A stretch of 56,219 bases of DNA from an uncultured Candidatus Saccharibacteria bacterium (GTDB lineage: Bacteria; Patescibacteriota; WWE3; UBA101185; UBA10185), in assembly GCA_964574405.1 (NCBI GenBank), contig CAZNNN010000002.1, positions 1 to 56,219 of the forward strand, in the 5' to 3' direction. This document shows, piece by piece, positions 16,060 to 25,440 of the stretch. Position 1 is the first letter of the stretch, and each line of letters begins with the position of its first letter. Both the position numbers and the translations under genes were made by a program. The notes beneath the pieces were generated by a model that did not search any database, had not been told where the DNA came from, and saw nothing but the letters and a program-made list of their open reading frames with translations.

Positions 16060-16061
16060 TT

Positions 16062-16147
16062 TGGTGCCGTGGGTGGGAGTCGAACCCACACAGAGTTACC
16101 TCCAGTGGTTTTTGAGACCACCGCGTATGCCATTCCGCCACCACGGC
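16062..16147 (-). tRNA. tRNA-Leu (anticodon CAA)
   Basis: The reverse complement GCCGTGGTGGCGGAATGGCATACGCGGTGGTCTCAAAAACCACTGGAGGTAACTCTGTGTGGGTTCGACTCCCACCCACGGCACCA folds as a cloverleaf with loop CT-CAA-AA, a long variable arm and an encoded CCA. Confidence 0.9.
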
Positions 16148-16166
16148 TTGTTACAAAGGGATTATA

Positions 16167-17504
16167 TCACTTGTCTTTTATTTTAGTTTCCGCTTCAAAG
16201 AACCTGGTACGATCCGCTTTAAAGAACAGATCAATTTCCCCAGTTGGACCGTTTCTGTGTTTGGCAATTAACAGTTTGTGGTTAATGCGATCCTCCTCGT
16301 TGGGTCTAAATAAAAACATCACCACATCAGCATCTTGTTCGATGGAACCCGAATCGCGTAAATCGCTTAACTGGGGTCGTTTATCCCCACCCCTAATTTC
16401 CACGGCGCGGGAAAGCTGGGATAGCGCCAAAACGGGTATTTTTAACTCTCTTGCTAGGTTTTTTAGGGCTTGAGAAATTTCAGAAACTTCTTGCGTGCGA
16501 CTTTCGGTATACCTCCCGTGAATTAGCTGAAGGTAGTCAACAATAATAAGGTCGATTTTTTTGTCCATGTGCAGTCTACGAGCTTTAGTGCGCAACTCTA
16601 ATATACCAATGCCCGGCGTGTCGTCAATGTAAATGGGAGCTTCCGCCAGCTCGCCTGCGGCGATGCCGTAGCGTTCAAAATCTTCTTCCTGCAAGTTTCC
16701 GGTGGTTATTCGCCAGTTATCAATGTCGCCCTGCGCGGAAATCATCCTGTCAACCAACTGTTCTCTACCCATTTCTAAGGAAAAAAGCCCTACGGCTTTG
16801 TTGTGCGTAGTGGCGGCATATTGAGCGCAATTAATGGCAAAGGAGGATTTTCCTACGGAGGGTCGGGCAGCTAAGATAATTAAATTTTCCTTTTGAAACC
16901 CGGAGAGTATCCTATCCACCGCTTTAATCCCCGTGGGAACGCCACGCAAAGCCCCTTTAGTTTTTGACATCTCGTCAAGTCGTTCAAATGTTACCTGCAG
17001 GGTTTCAGAAATAGGTACAAAATCCTGGTGCAATCTATCCTGGGAAACTGCGTACAATTCTTGTTCAGCTTCGTCTAAAAGCCCCTCAATCTCGCTTTTT
17101 TCAAACGCCATTTCATTAATTTTAGCGCTGGCACTTATTAAACTTCTACGCAAAGCGGTGTCAACAATAATTTTGGCATAAGCCTCTACATTTGATGCGG
17201 TAGGCACAAAGTTAACCAGTTCAGTAAGGTAGGAAATTCCGCCTATTTCAGTAAGTAGCTTCTTGTTTTTTAGCTCCTGCGGGAGGGTGATTAAATCAAT
17301 AGGTTCGCGCTTTTCATATAAATTTATAGCACATTCATAAATATTGATATGCGCGCTTTTGTAAAAATGTTGCGGTTTTAGGCTTTCTACCACTTTAATA
17401 ATGGCGTTTTCGTCAATTAAAATTGCCCCCAAAACGGATTTTTCCGCATCCAAATCGTGCGGTGGTACTAATACCTGTGCAGGATGTGTTGTTTTATTTG
17501 CCAT
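16167..17504 (-). CDS. dnaB: Replicative DNA helicase DnaB
   Basis: 445 aa. PPHDLDAEKSVLGAIL, Walker A ARPSVGKSSFA, and IIVDYLQL. Confidence 0.95.
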   Translation of the reverse strand: MANKTTHPAQVLVPPHDLDAEKSVLGAILIDENAIIKVVESLKPQHFYKSAHINIYECAINLYEKREPIDLITLPQELKNKKLLTEIGGISYLTELVNFVPTASNVEAYAKIIVDTALRRSLISASAKINEMAFEKSEIEGLLDEAEQELYAVSQDRLHQDFVPISETLQVTFERLDEMSKTKGALRGVPTGIKAVDRILSGFQKENLIILAARPSVGKSSFAINCAQYAATTHNKAVGLFSLEMGREQLVDRMISAQGDIDNWRITTGNLQEEDFERYGIAAGELAEAPIYIDDTPGIGILELRTKARRLHMDKKIDLIIVDYLQLIHGRYTESRTQEVSEISQALKNLARELKIPVLALSQLSRAVEIRGGDKRPQLSDLRDSGSIEQDADVVMFLFRPNEEDRINHKLLIAKHRNGPTGEIDLFFKADRTRFFEAETKIKDK

Positions 17505-18163
17505 TATTGCTTCTCAAGTACAATAACTTGGGTTTCAACTTCGTTGTCGGCAGAAGAGATTTTTAGACTGGTTAACCTTTTAACTGCACCGTTTTCCAAG
17601 CCCATTTCGTCCAAAAACTTCTCTAGGGTATCAATGTTGTTTATTTTAGATCCCTCCGTCCTAAAATGCATAGGAACAACAAAGGCGGGCTCTATGCTGG
17701 AAATTACTTTGGACGCTTTTTCTGCGTCAATGGTATAAATCCCACCTACCGGAATCAAAAGGGCTGTAACTTCACCAAACTTTTCCAGAGTTGCATCATC
17801 TAGCGTGTGCCCTAAATCCCCACAGTGCAAAACAGCCACCCCATCCTCCGCCTCTATGTAATACATGGTGTTTTGCATCCCACCCTCTACCTCGTCACCA
17901 CCGTGTTTAGTGGGAATACCCATAATCTTAACCCCCGTCAGCTCATATTCTCCAGGTCCGTCCACCAGTAACCTGTATCCAGAAACACCTTCTTTATAGT
18001 TATGGTCAAAATGGGCATGCGTAAGCAAAACCGCATCACATTCAAGTTTAGGTAACTTTATACCCAGCTTTTCCGGATCAAACGGATCAATAATTACTGT
18101 TAAGTCTTTAGTTTTGAGTTTAAAGCAAGAATGTCCAAAATATGTTATTTCCATATCTGCCAT
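17504..18163 (-). CDS. MBL-fold metal-dependent hydrolase (UPF0173-like)
   Basis: ITYFGHSCF...LLTHAHFDH motif. Confidence 0.85.
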   Translation of the reverse strand: MADMEITYFGHSCFKLKTKDLTVIIDPFDPEKLGIKLPKLECDAVLLTHAHFDHNYKEGVSGYRLLVDGPGEYELTGVKIMGIPTKHGGDEVEGGMQNTMYYIEAEDGVAVLHCGDLGHTLDDATLEKFGEVTALLIPVGGIYTIDAEKASKVISSIEPAFVVPMHFRTEGSKINNIDTLEKFLDEMGLENGAVKRLTSLKISSADNEVETQVIVLEKQ

Positions 18164-18177
18164 GATATCATAAAAAT

Positions 18178-19176
18178 GTGATCAATGGTCTGCTCAAACC
18201 ACCAAAAACTAAGGAATTTTACGCCCTGTTAGCTATGCTTGGCGCAACTGCCATCTGGGGCTTTGCCCCACCCATTATTAAATACACCTTAGATTTTATT
18301 CCCGTTTTTTCCTTTTTGTTCTACCGCTTTTTAATAGTGTGCCTGGTGCTCTTTCCTTTTGTTTACTTAGAATTAAGGCGACAAAGAGTAAGCCTGCGAG
18401 AACTTCCGGCTTTGGCAGTTTCAGGATTTACTGGTCAAACAAGTTTGGTAATCCTTTTTTTAGGACTAAAATACACCTCGTCTTTGGAAGTGGCGGCGAT
18501 TGGAATTATTGCTCCTCTTCTTATGGTGGTGGCTGGTCACTATTTTTTTAGTGAGAAGGTCAAGAAAAACATCCAGATTGGACTAATTATTACATCAGTA
18601 GGAACGCTGATTTTGGCAATTGGACCAATTTTGGACTCAAACTCCGTTTCCGCCTCCGTTACTTTACATATTTGGGGCAATATTTTGATTATTGTCTACG
18701 AGCTGTTTTGGGTAACGCATGTTTTGTGGTCAAAACGCTTGCGCGGAGAAAACTCTCACGCCATTAACCAAACCGCCAAATTTTTTGGCATCCCTATACC
18801 CAAAAAAAAGTACAGCTCGCAATTAATTACGGGAGTTTCCTTTTATGTGGGGCTGGTTACTCTGATTCCGCTTTATATTTTAGAATCTTCTGGTCGACTT
18901 GGGGGGTCGGGTTTTAATATCACAGATCTTAACTCAAGCGGGTGGGTTGGTCTTTTATACATGGCGCTTTTGTCCTCCATAGTGGCTTACGGGCTTTTTG
19001 AATGGTCGCTCAAGTATTTAAAAGTTACCGACACAGTAATTTTTTCTTACATCTCCCCTATTTTTACCCTCCCTGCCGCCTTTTTTATTTTGGGAGAACT
19101 TCCCACCCAAAACCTTATTTTAGGCTCGGTAATAATTGCTTTGGGGATTATAGTTGCGGAACGCAAAAAGGGTTGA
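18178..19176 (+). CDS. EamA/DMT-family transporter
   Basis: 332 aa with 10 predicted TM spans in two EamA-like halves. The start is uncertain (GTG 18178). Confidence 0.75.
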   Translation: MINGLLKPPKTKEFYALLAMLGATAIWGFAPPIIKYTLDFIPVFSFLFYRFLIVCLVLFPFVYLELRRQRVSLRELPALAVSGFTGQTSLVILFLGLKYTSSLEVAAIGIIAPLLMVVAGHYFFSEKVKKNIQIGLIITSVGTLILAIGPILDSNSVSASVTLHIWGNILIIVYELFWVTHVLWSKRLRGENSHAINQTAKFFGIPIPKKKYSSQLITGVSFYVGLVTLIPLYILESSGRLGGSGFNITDLNSSGWVGLLYMALLSSIVAYGLFEWSLKYLKVTDTVIFSYISPIFTLPAAFFILGELPTQNLILGSVIIALGIIVAERKKG

Positions 19177-19192
19177 TATAATACCCTCCGTC

Positions 19193-19498
19193 ATGAAAAA
19201 GGATACTCACCCACAAGTTTATACGGATGCGGTTGTTACTTGCGCTTGCGGTAACAGCTTTGTAACTATGTCTACCAAAAAGGAAATTGCCGTGGAGATT
19301 TGCTCTGCCTGTCACCCATTTTTTACTGGTAAGAAAAGGTATATTGATACAGAGGGTCAAATTGACAAATTTGCCAAGAGAATGAAAGTAGCTAAAGAAA
19401 GCGGTGTGGTAGTAAAGTCCGCCAAAGAGAAAAAGGCAGATAAAGCCGAGGCTGTAAAGAAAAAACCCATCACCCTTAAAGATTTAAGGTCTATGTAG
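19193..19498 (+). CDS. rpmE: Ribosomal protein L31 (Zn-binding type) with a Lys-rich C-terminal tail
   Basis: [23 protein letters not shown]...[11 protein letters not shown]. The ORF-track start at 19154 is upstream of the conserved N-terminus. TTGATATAAT lies at 19173-19182. Confidence 0.9.
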   Translation: MKKDTHPQVYTDAVVTCACGNSFVTMSTKKEIAVEICSACHPFFTGKKRYIDTEGQIDKFAKRMKVAKESGVVVKSAKEKKADKAEAVKKKPITLKDLRSM

Positions 19499-20432
19499 CG
19501 GTAAGCATGTCGTCAATATTGCCCGCCAGAATCGCCGGAATATTGTGCCAGGACTGTTTAACCCTATGATCCGTTACTCTATCTTGCGGAAAATTGTAAG
19601 TACGGATTTTTTCCACCCGCTCCCCTGTCCCCACTTGCAACGCCCGCAGTTGTGAAATAGAACCCACTTGTTGAGACTGCATTTCTGTATAGAGTCTGGA
19701 TTTTAAAATTGACAACGCTTTCTCACGATTTTTGCCCTGAAAACGCTCTTCTTGGCACTCCACAATCACACCGGTGGGAATATGCGTTAGTCGCACTGCT
19801 GTGGAAACTTTGTTTACATTTTGCCCCCCGTGTCCACCCGCTCTAAAAAAGTCCCACTTTAAATCGTCTGGCTTAATTTCAATTTCCACTTTTGTAGCCA
19901 CCGGCAAAACCGCCACCGTAGCGGTTGAGGTATGAATTCTCCCGCCCGCTTCTGTTGCCGGCACTCGTTGAACCCTGTGCACCCCGGACTCGTTTTTTAA
20001 CAGGTTGTAGGCGTTTGCTCCTTTAAATTCCACCGTAGCTATCTTAATCCCGCCAGCATTCCCCTCCTGCGTGTTAATAATTTCCGTTTTCCAACCAGAT
20101 TTTTCCGCGTAGCGTAGGTACATATTATAAAGATCGCCTGCAAAAAGTGAAGCTTCGTCCCCGCCTGTTCCTGGTCGCACCTCTAAAATTGCCGTGTTTT
20201 CATTAATTTCCGCCGTTTTAGTGTTATCTGCGTTTACTTCCCCACCGTAGTCGCCCGCCATAATTTTGAGCGACTCTTGCAGAGCATTAATTTCTTTATT
20301 AAGCGACTCTGTTTCTTCATCATACAAGGCTTTAAGTTGAGGATCAGTTTCTTTTACCCCTTGGTTCTCGATGTTCTTAATCTGCCCATTCAAGTCGTCT
20401 ATTTGTTTTTCCATCTGTTCCTGTGCAGTCAT
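19491..20432 (-). CDS. prfA: Peptide chain release factor 1 (short form)
   Basis: GGQ motif ([19 protein letters not shown]) and the RF1-type PxT tripeptide ([14 protein letters not shown]). Confidence 0.9.
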   Translation of the reverse strand: MTAQEQMEKQIDDLNGQIKNIENQGVKETDPQLKALYDEETESLNKEINALQESLKIMAGDYGGEVNADNTKTAEINENTAILEVRPGTGGDEASLFAGDLYNMYLRYAEKSGWKTEIINTQEGNAGGIKIATVEFKGANAYNLLKNESGVHRVQRVPATEAGGRIHTSTATVAVLPVATKVEIEIKPDDLKWDFFRAGGHGGQNVNKVSTAVRLTHIPTGVIVECQEERFQGKNREKALSILKSRLYTEMQSQQVGSISQLRALQVGTGERVEKIRTYNFPQDRVTDHRVKQSWHNIPAILAGNIDDMLTAT

Positions 20433-20442
20433 ATCAATAAAA

Positions 20443-20853
20443 TTAGCTGAACGCTATCAAATGTTTGTCTAAAGTAAGCAATTTATTTCCAGTTTTATGA
20501 GCTAAATGTGCATAGGTGGCATCGTAGTATGTAAGTTTTTTATTTCCTGACCACCTTAGAACTTCAACAAATACCGTTTCAATAAACGAGATGGGTATAT
20601 CGAAAAATAACTCAAACAGCCTCTCGGCACTTTCTAAAGTATTTCTTTTGGTTAAGATTGATGTTTTTAGGATATTTCCAATCTCATAAACCAATAAGTC
20701 GGGGGAAACCAGCTCCACTTCCCCATTTACCGCTTTATCAAATACCTCTTGAAATTCTGGTCTTAAATGCTCATCCTCCAGAATCCTTCCAGCAACAACG
20801 GAAGAGTCCACAACATAACATTCCACAATTACTTCCTCCCTTCCCTTATCCAT
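20443..20853 (-). CDS. PIN-domain toxin (VapC-like)
   Basis: YVVDSSVV... N-terminal acidic motif and C-terminal LLTLDKHL. It overlaps the upstream antitoxin gene. Confidence 0.8.
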   Translation of the reverse strand: MDKGREEVIVECYVVDSSVVAGRILEDEHLRPEFQEVFDKAVNGEVELVSPDLLVYEIGNILKTSILTKRNTLESAERLFELFFDIPISFIETVFVEVLRWSGNKKLTYYDATYAHLAHKTGNKLLTLDKHLIAFS

Positions 20854-21074
20854 GAAAGTATCGTTTCGTTGCTTAGCTTAGGCTTTCCTTTATTGATATT
20901 GTCGATCTCATTTAAAGCCCTAGCTCCTCTATTTTCTCTTAGTTTATTTACATAATTCATATCTATTGCCCTCCTAATAAGCTCGCCTAGCGTTACCCCC
21001 TCGCTTTTAGAAAGAGAGGTAAGAACTTTGTATTGTGTACTATTCAGTAATACATTGGTTCGCTTATCCAGCAT
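20829..21074 (-). CDS. Ribbon-helix-helix antitoxin (VapB-like)
   Basis: MLDKRTNVLLNSTQYKVLTSLSKSEGVTLGELIRRAI. The ORF track extends to 21125; the internal Met start was chosen. Confidence 0.65.
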   Translation of the reverse strand: MLDKRTNVLLNSTQYKVLTSLSKSEGVTLGELIRRAIDMNYVNKLRENRGARALNEIDNINKGKPKLSNETILSWIREGRK

Positions 21075-21139
21075 GAAAACAAGGTAACATGTTACTGAAA
21101 AATACGCAAGCCTGTCCTCGCTCACTTTTTAATAATTAA

Positions 21140-22375
21140 TTAGTACTTACCAGCTATCTCCAAAGCTTTATTCAGTTGCGGATCTCTGCTGGCGTTAATA
21201 TCGTCCTTAGTGATTTCCACGGCTATATCCGGCTTTAAACCAACTTTTCCGTTTTCATCTTTATCGCCCACCCATTTTTTGGCGCTAGTTAACCATTTGG
21301 CAATAGTAATGTGCAAACCGGAGCCATCTTTAAACTCTTTGGCATCTTGAATTGTTCCCTTGCCAAAAGACTGTGCACCCACCAAAACCGCGCCAATGTT
21401 TTCTTTTAGGGCGGAGGCAAGTATCTCACTTGCGGAAGCGCTTCCCTCGTCAATTAATATAATTACCGGAATTCTGGCAAAATCGGCGCTGCCTTGTGCG
21501 TTAAAAGGCAGTTGCTCGCCAAGTGCAGTTTGTTCGTACAAAACCGGTTTTCCCGTATAAAAGTCGCTAGCAATATGTACTGCGGATTGCAGATACCCGC
21601 CCGGGTTTCCCCGCAAATCAAGTACAATGGCGTTAAGCTCGCGCATCTTTACATTAACCTCTTTTACCGCATTGTCCCAATCCCCATTAGTATCCGCCCC
21701 AAACCTACTTACTCTTATATACGCCGTACCTTCGCCTTTATCCTGCCAAGTTACGCTAGCCACAGTAATTTTTTCTCGCTTAACTGTAAGTACAAAAGGG
21801 TCAACATTTCCCCGCTGGATTTTTAGCGTACTTACGGTACCTGCCTGCCCTCTAATTTTTGATACCGCCTCCGTTACAGTAATCCCGGCGGTACTTTTAC
21901 CTTCAATTTCAAAAATTCTATCTCCTGCCAAAACCCCAGCTTTCTTTGCGGGCGACCCATCCAGTGGTGACACCACCATTAAAAGCCCGTCCTTAATCCC
22001 CAATTCCATCCCCACCCCCTCGTATGCTCCATTTAAAGAGTTATTTACCACCTTGTTAACTTCCGGATCTAAAAACGAAGTGTATGGGTCGCCTAAAGAT
22101 TCCACCATACCTCTAACCGCACCGTACATCATCTTTTTAGGGTCAACGGGTCTATTTAAATAGTCTTTGGAAACCTGATCCCATGCCTCCCAAAAAAGCG
22201 CAAAATCTATTGTTTGGCTGGTAGGCGACTTGTTTACAAACTCTACTTGTGGAGGATTTTTCCTTATGTCTACTTCATAACCTCGTTTGCCTAAATAAAG
22301 TCCACCAAAAAAGGTGGAGCCCGCAAGAAGAAGCGTAAACAAGATAATTTGGAATTTTTTAAACGCCGATGTCAT
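21140..22375 (-). CDS. ctpA: S41 carboxy-terminal processing protease with a PDZ domain
   Basis: LDLRGNPGGYL and SASASEILA motifs. The 17 N-terminal codons in the ORF track (to 22426) are a translated repeat element, so the start is set at MTSAFKK. Confidence 0.9.
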   Translation of the reverse strand: MTSAFKKFQIILFTLLLAGSTFFGGLYLGKRGYEVDIRKNPPQVEFVNKSPTSQTIDFALFWEAWDQVSKDYLNRPVDPKKMMYGAVRGMVESLGDPYTSFLDPEVNKVVNNSLNGAYEGVGMELGIKDGLLMVVSPLDGSPAKKAGVLAGDRIFEIEGKSTAGITVTEAVSKIRGQAGTVSTLKIQRGNVDPFVLTVKREKITVASVTWQDKGEGTAYIRVSRFGADTNGDWDNAVKEVNVKMRELNAIVLDLRGNPGGYLQSAVHIASDFYTGKPVLYEQTALGEQLPFNAQGSADFARIPVIILIDEGSASASEILASALKENIGAVLVGAQSFGKGTIQDAKEFKDGSGLHITIAKWLTSAKKWVGDKDENGKVGLKPDIAVEITKDDINASRDPQLNKALEIAGKY

Positions 22376-22377
22376 AT

Positions 22378-22421
22378 CGTCATTGCGAGGAGTCCGCCAA
22401 GGCAGACGACAACGCAGTCTC
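22378..22421. repeat. Composite repeat (family A end plus family B-like hairpin)
   Basis: cgtcattgcgagg-agtccgccaaggcagac-gacaacgcagtctc. Confidence 0.7.
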
Positions 22422-22437
22422 TCCATTAGACCACAGC

Positions 22438-22692
22438 CTAAAGCGCGTGTCTATCTGTGTACGGCAAAAGCGCCATAAAGCGCGCCCTTTTAACTTCCCG
22501 GCTAATAATTCTTTGCATTTTGGCGCTAGCCCCGGTTCTTTTGGCGGGAACCAGCTTGCCTCTATCCGTTACAAACCTTTTTAGAGAAAGGGGTTCTTTG
22601 TAGCTTGGAACGGTAGTGATTTTAGCGTACGGCTCTCTATCCCTGTCGCGAGACCGTTCTTGCCCCCTGTCTGTACTCGCATAACTGGGCAT
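22438..22692 (-). CDS. rpsR: Ribosomal protein S18
   Basis: ...KRFVTDRGKLVPAKRTGASAKMQRIISREVKRARFMALLPYTDRH. Confidence 0.9.
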   Translation of the reverse strand: MPSYASTDRGQERSRDRDREPYAKITTVPSYKEPLSLKRFVTDRGKLVPAKRTGASAKMQRIISREVKRARFMALLPYTDRHAL

Positions 22693-22694
22693 AG

Positions 22695-23174
22695 CTATTT
22701 ATCTCCTTGCGCACCCGTATCACCCGCCAAAACATCGTCAATATTTAAGTTTGCCAAGTCGTCGGTAGAAGTAACTTCGTTAGTTGAAGTTTCAGCAGGA
22801 TGCGTGGCATTATAATCCTCTGTGCCCCCCTCACCCGCTCTAGCTTTACCGTTTAATACAATCATTTCGTCAATTACAATTTCCGTTCTATACTTCTTAG
22901 CTCCTGTTTGATCAACCCAATCCCTGGTTTGCAACCTACCCTCCACATATACCCTAGAACCTTTTGCCAACATCTGACCGCAGAGTTCTGCCAACTTGTT
23001 CCACGCTACAATATTATGAAACTCGGTAGCTTCCTTAACTTGATCAGCAACTTTCCACTGCCTGTTAGTAGCTACACCAAAAGCCGCCACCGCTGCACCT
23101 TGAGGCGTGTATCGCAACTCCACATCCCTAGTTAAATTACCTATTAAAATAACTTTATTTAGACTTCTTGCCAT
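22695..23174 (-). CDS. ssb: Single-stranded DNA-binding protein
   Basis: MARSLNKVILIGNLTRDVELRYTPQGAAVAAFGVATNRQW is an OB-fold N-terminus. Confidence 0.9.
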   Translation of the reverse strand: MARSLNKVILIGNLTRDVELRYTPQGAAVAAFGVATNRQWKVADQVKEATEFHNIVAWNKLAELCGQMLAKGSRVYVEGRLQTRDWVDQTGAKKYRTEIVIDEMIVLNGKARAGEGGTEDYNATHPAETSTNEVTSTDDLANLNIDDVLAGDTGAQGDK

Positions 23175-23481
23175 TTTTTCCTCCGTCTGTCGGCTCTGGG
23201 TCGACCAAAATTAGTAAATACCTCACAAGATCGTCAATTACATTAAACTTTTCTTTTATTTTGGAAACTCCTACTTCGTCACCTTCAAATTGAATAACAT
23301 CATACCAACCTTCCGTTTGACTTTTTATTTCGTAGGCAAATTTGCGCTTGCCCCAAAAATTTCCATTCAAAATTTTACCTCCATTTGTGGACACCAAATC
23401 TTTGTTGGAATTAGAAAGGCTTCTGGCGCTCTCTTCACTCAACTTACTTTTTATTATAATCATTAATTCGTATTTTTTCAT
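23155..23481 (-). CDS. rpsF: Ribosomal protein S6
   Basis: MKKYELMIIIKS...GKRKFAYEIK...GWY; conserved rpsF-ssb-rpsR order. Confidence 0.9.
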   Translation of the reverse strand: MKKYELMIIIKSKLSEESARSLSNSNKDLVSTNGGKILNGNFWGKRKFAYEIKSQTEGWYDVIQFEGDEVGVSKIKEKFNVIDDLVRYLLILVDPEPTDGGKNGKKSK

Positions 23482-23527
23482 AATTTTAGCTATCCATAGC
23501 AAAAAAATTTACTAATTTTTTTCAAAC

Positions 23528-23590
23528 GCCAGTGGGAGATGTTTGCCTCTTCGCAGTCTTTGATTGACTCTAGCCTTTCTCCCTATTGGC
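23528..23590 (-). promoter_or_regulatory. Structured 5' leader of rpsF-ssb-rpsR (possible S6:S18 autoregulatory element)
   Basis: On the minus strand GCCAATAGGGAGA...TCTCCCACTGGC forms a 4+6-bp closing stem around an internal hairpin, about 50-110 nt upstream of the rpsF ATG. Confidence 0.3.
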
Positions 23591-23687
23591 AAAAACACTA
23601 TGCCACACTTTTTAGAGCATGTCTAGCCACTTGACTCTAGTTTAACTAGAATTTACCGTCACTGTGCTAACCAGTCGGGAAATAGTA

Positions 23688-24839
23688 TCAAACATTAAAC
23701 CTAAATTCAACTACATCCCCATCTTTCATAACATAATTTTTACCCTCAAGTTTAATTAACCCAAGTTCTTTAGCTTTTTTTAGACTTTTTACCTGGATCA
23801 GATCCGTAAAGGACACGATATCCGCGCCAATAAACCCGCGTTCAAAATCTGAATGAATAGTACCTGCCGCCTCAGGTGCGTAGGCTCCAGTTCTTATGGT
23901 CCAAGCCCGTACTTCCTTTGGACCAGCGGTTAAAAAGTCCCGCAAACCTAAAAGTTTATAGCCAGCTTTAATGAGTCTGTTTAAACCAGGTTCTTCCATC
24001 CCCAATTCTTTTAGGTATTCTTTCTGCTCGTTTTCCGGTAATGAGCAGATTTCTGACTCAATTTTTGCACTTATGTACAACCTGTCATTGCGAGCGAGGT
24101 GAAGCAATCCCGATGAGCTTGCTTCGTCATCCGCCAAGGCGGATTCCTCGCAACGACTCTGGAGAGAGTCTTCAGACACATTATAGACATATAACATGGG
24201 TTTTCGGGTGAGTAAATTTATTCCTCTAAGAGCCTTTTCTTCCTTAGCGTCCAAGATTAACTCCCTAGCAGGCTTTCCTGCATTTAAAGTCGATCCAATC
24301 TTCTCTAGCACTGAAACCCTTAATATTGCTTCGGTATCCCTAGACCTAGCATCGTCCTTGGCAGTACCCAATATTCTATCCAAAATAGAAATGTCCGCCA
24401 GTATCAGCTCAGTATCAATGGTAGATATGTCTTCCTGCGGGTTTACCGCACCAGCTCTAATGATATTGTCGTCCTCAAAATCTCTTATAACATGCACCAA
24501 CGCACTAACTTCTCTAATATGCCCTAAAAATTCATTGCCCAAACCCTCACCTTTGTGGGCTCCCTTAACCAAACCGGCAATATCGTAAAATTTAACGGTA
24601 GATGGAATAACCCTTTGAGGCACCTCGCGATCCCCTATCCTCTGCCCGTAATCGTTTCGGACTACTTCCACCAGCCCCTTAAGTCGTTCATCTGGCACCT
24701 CTACCACCCCCACATTTGGTTCGATGGTAGCAAACGGGTAATTGGCAACCAAAGCCGCCTGCTTTTTTAACAAAGCGTTAAACAGCGTTGATTTTCCCAC
24801 ATTCGGCAAACCTATTATTCCTAAAGATAGAGCGGACAT
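23688..24839 (-). CDS. ychF: Ribosome-binding ATPase YchF (carries an in-frame repeat-derived insert)
   Basis: MSALSLGIIGLPNVGKSTLFNAL P-loop and the C-terminal TGS-like ...KDGDVVEFRFNV. Confidence 0.95.
   Translation of the reverse strand: MSALSLGIIGLPNVGKSTLFNALLKKQAALVANYPFATIEPNVGVVEVPDERLKGLVEVVRNDYGQRIGDREVPQRVIPSTVKFYDIAGLVKGAHKGEGLGNEFLGHIREVSALVHVIRDFEDDNIIRAGAVNPQEDISTIDTELILADISILDRILGTAKDDARSRDTEAILRVSVLEKIGSTLNAGKPARELILDAKEEKALRGINLLTRKPMLYVYNVSEDSLQSRCEESALADDEASSSGLLHLARNDRLYISAKIESEICSLPENEQKEYLKELGMEEPGLNRLIKAGYKLLGLRDFLTAGPKEVRAWTIRTGAYAPEAAGTIHSDFERGFIGADIVSFTDLIQVKSLKKAKELGLIKLEGKNYVMKDGDVVEFRFNV
24084..24157. repeat. Full-length composite repeat element (families A+B) with terminal inverted repeats, inside the ychF coding sequence
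   Basis: GTCATTGCGAGCG...GAAGCAA-N11-TTGCTTC...ATCCGCCAAGGCGGAT...CCTCGCAACGAC. It translates in frame as SRCEESALADDEASSSGLLHLARND. Confidence 0.8.
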
Positions 24840-24925
24840 TTGACTATTTTTCCTTCCCTTGATAGAATAAGTTCATCACGATGACTGGATAGGCTTAAGG
24901 TTTCGACCGAACGCTGATGCCAGTC

Positions 24926-25393
24926 CTAGTTTTTTAAGCTGTTTTTCAACCAATCCATTCTAACAATATATGACGAGTAGGGCTTGTAAAGCTTAGAGTA
25001 CAGCAGATTAGGCGTAAATAAATGTAAAAACTTACCAGTATTCACTAAGTGTTCTACCAAACAATAGAAGTCACCATCTCCAGACGCTATAATAGCCTTA
25101 TCGAAGTTATTAATCTGAAGCATTGTGTGTAACACCAATTCGGCGTCCACATTTCCTTTAACTATTCCACCGGGTAGCATCATTGTAGGCTTAAGAATTA
25201 CAGTGTAACCAGCTTGCTGTAATCCGGTATAAAGAGACTCGTTTCCAGCTCTGTAGCCTATAAATAGGTATGCGCTACTCACATTGTATTTATTGCGCAG
25301 ATACTGGCGAAATTTTCGCCAATTTAACTCCCAACCAAGGGATTTAATCCCCAAATTAATATTCTGACTATCTATAAACGCGTAATTTGCCAC
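24926..25393 (-). CDS. NYN/LabA-like (DUF88) domain protein, putative RNase
   Basis: MANYAFIDSQNINL...IASGDGDFYCLVEHL. Confidence 0.8.
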   Translation of the reverse strand: MANYAFIDSQNINLGIKSLGWELNWRKFRQYLRNKYNVSSAYLFIGYRAGNESLYTGLQQAGYTVILKPTMMLPGGIVKGNVDAELVLHTMLQINNFDKAIIASGDGDFYCLVEHLVNTGKFLHLFTPNLLYSKLYKPYSSYIVRMDWLKNSLKN

Positions 25394-25440
25394 CGCAGAA
25401 TTCTACAACACCGGCTGTATAAAAACAAGACCGCGTAGGT

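Noticed and set aside
16069-16473. 134-aa plus-strand ORF
   Set aside because: It starts inside the tRNA-Leu gene and runs antisense to dnaB, so it is an artefact.
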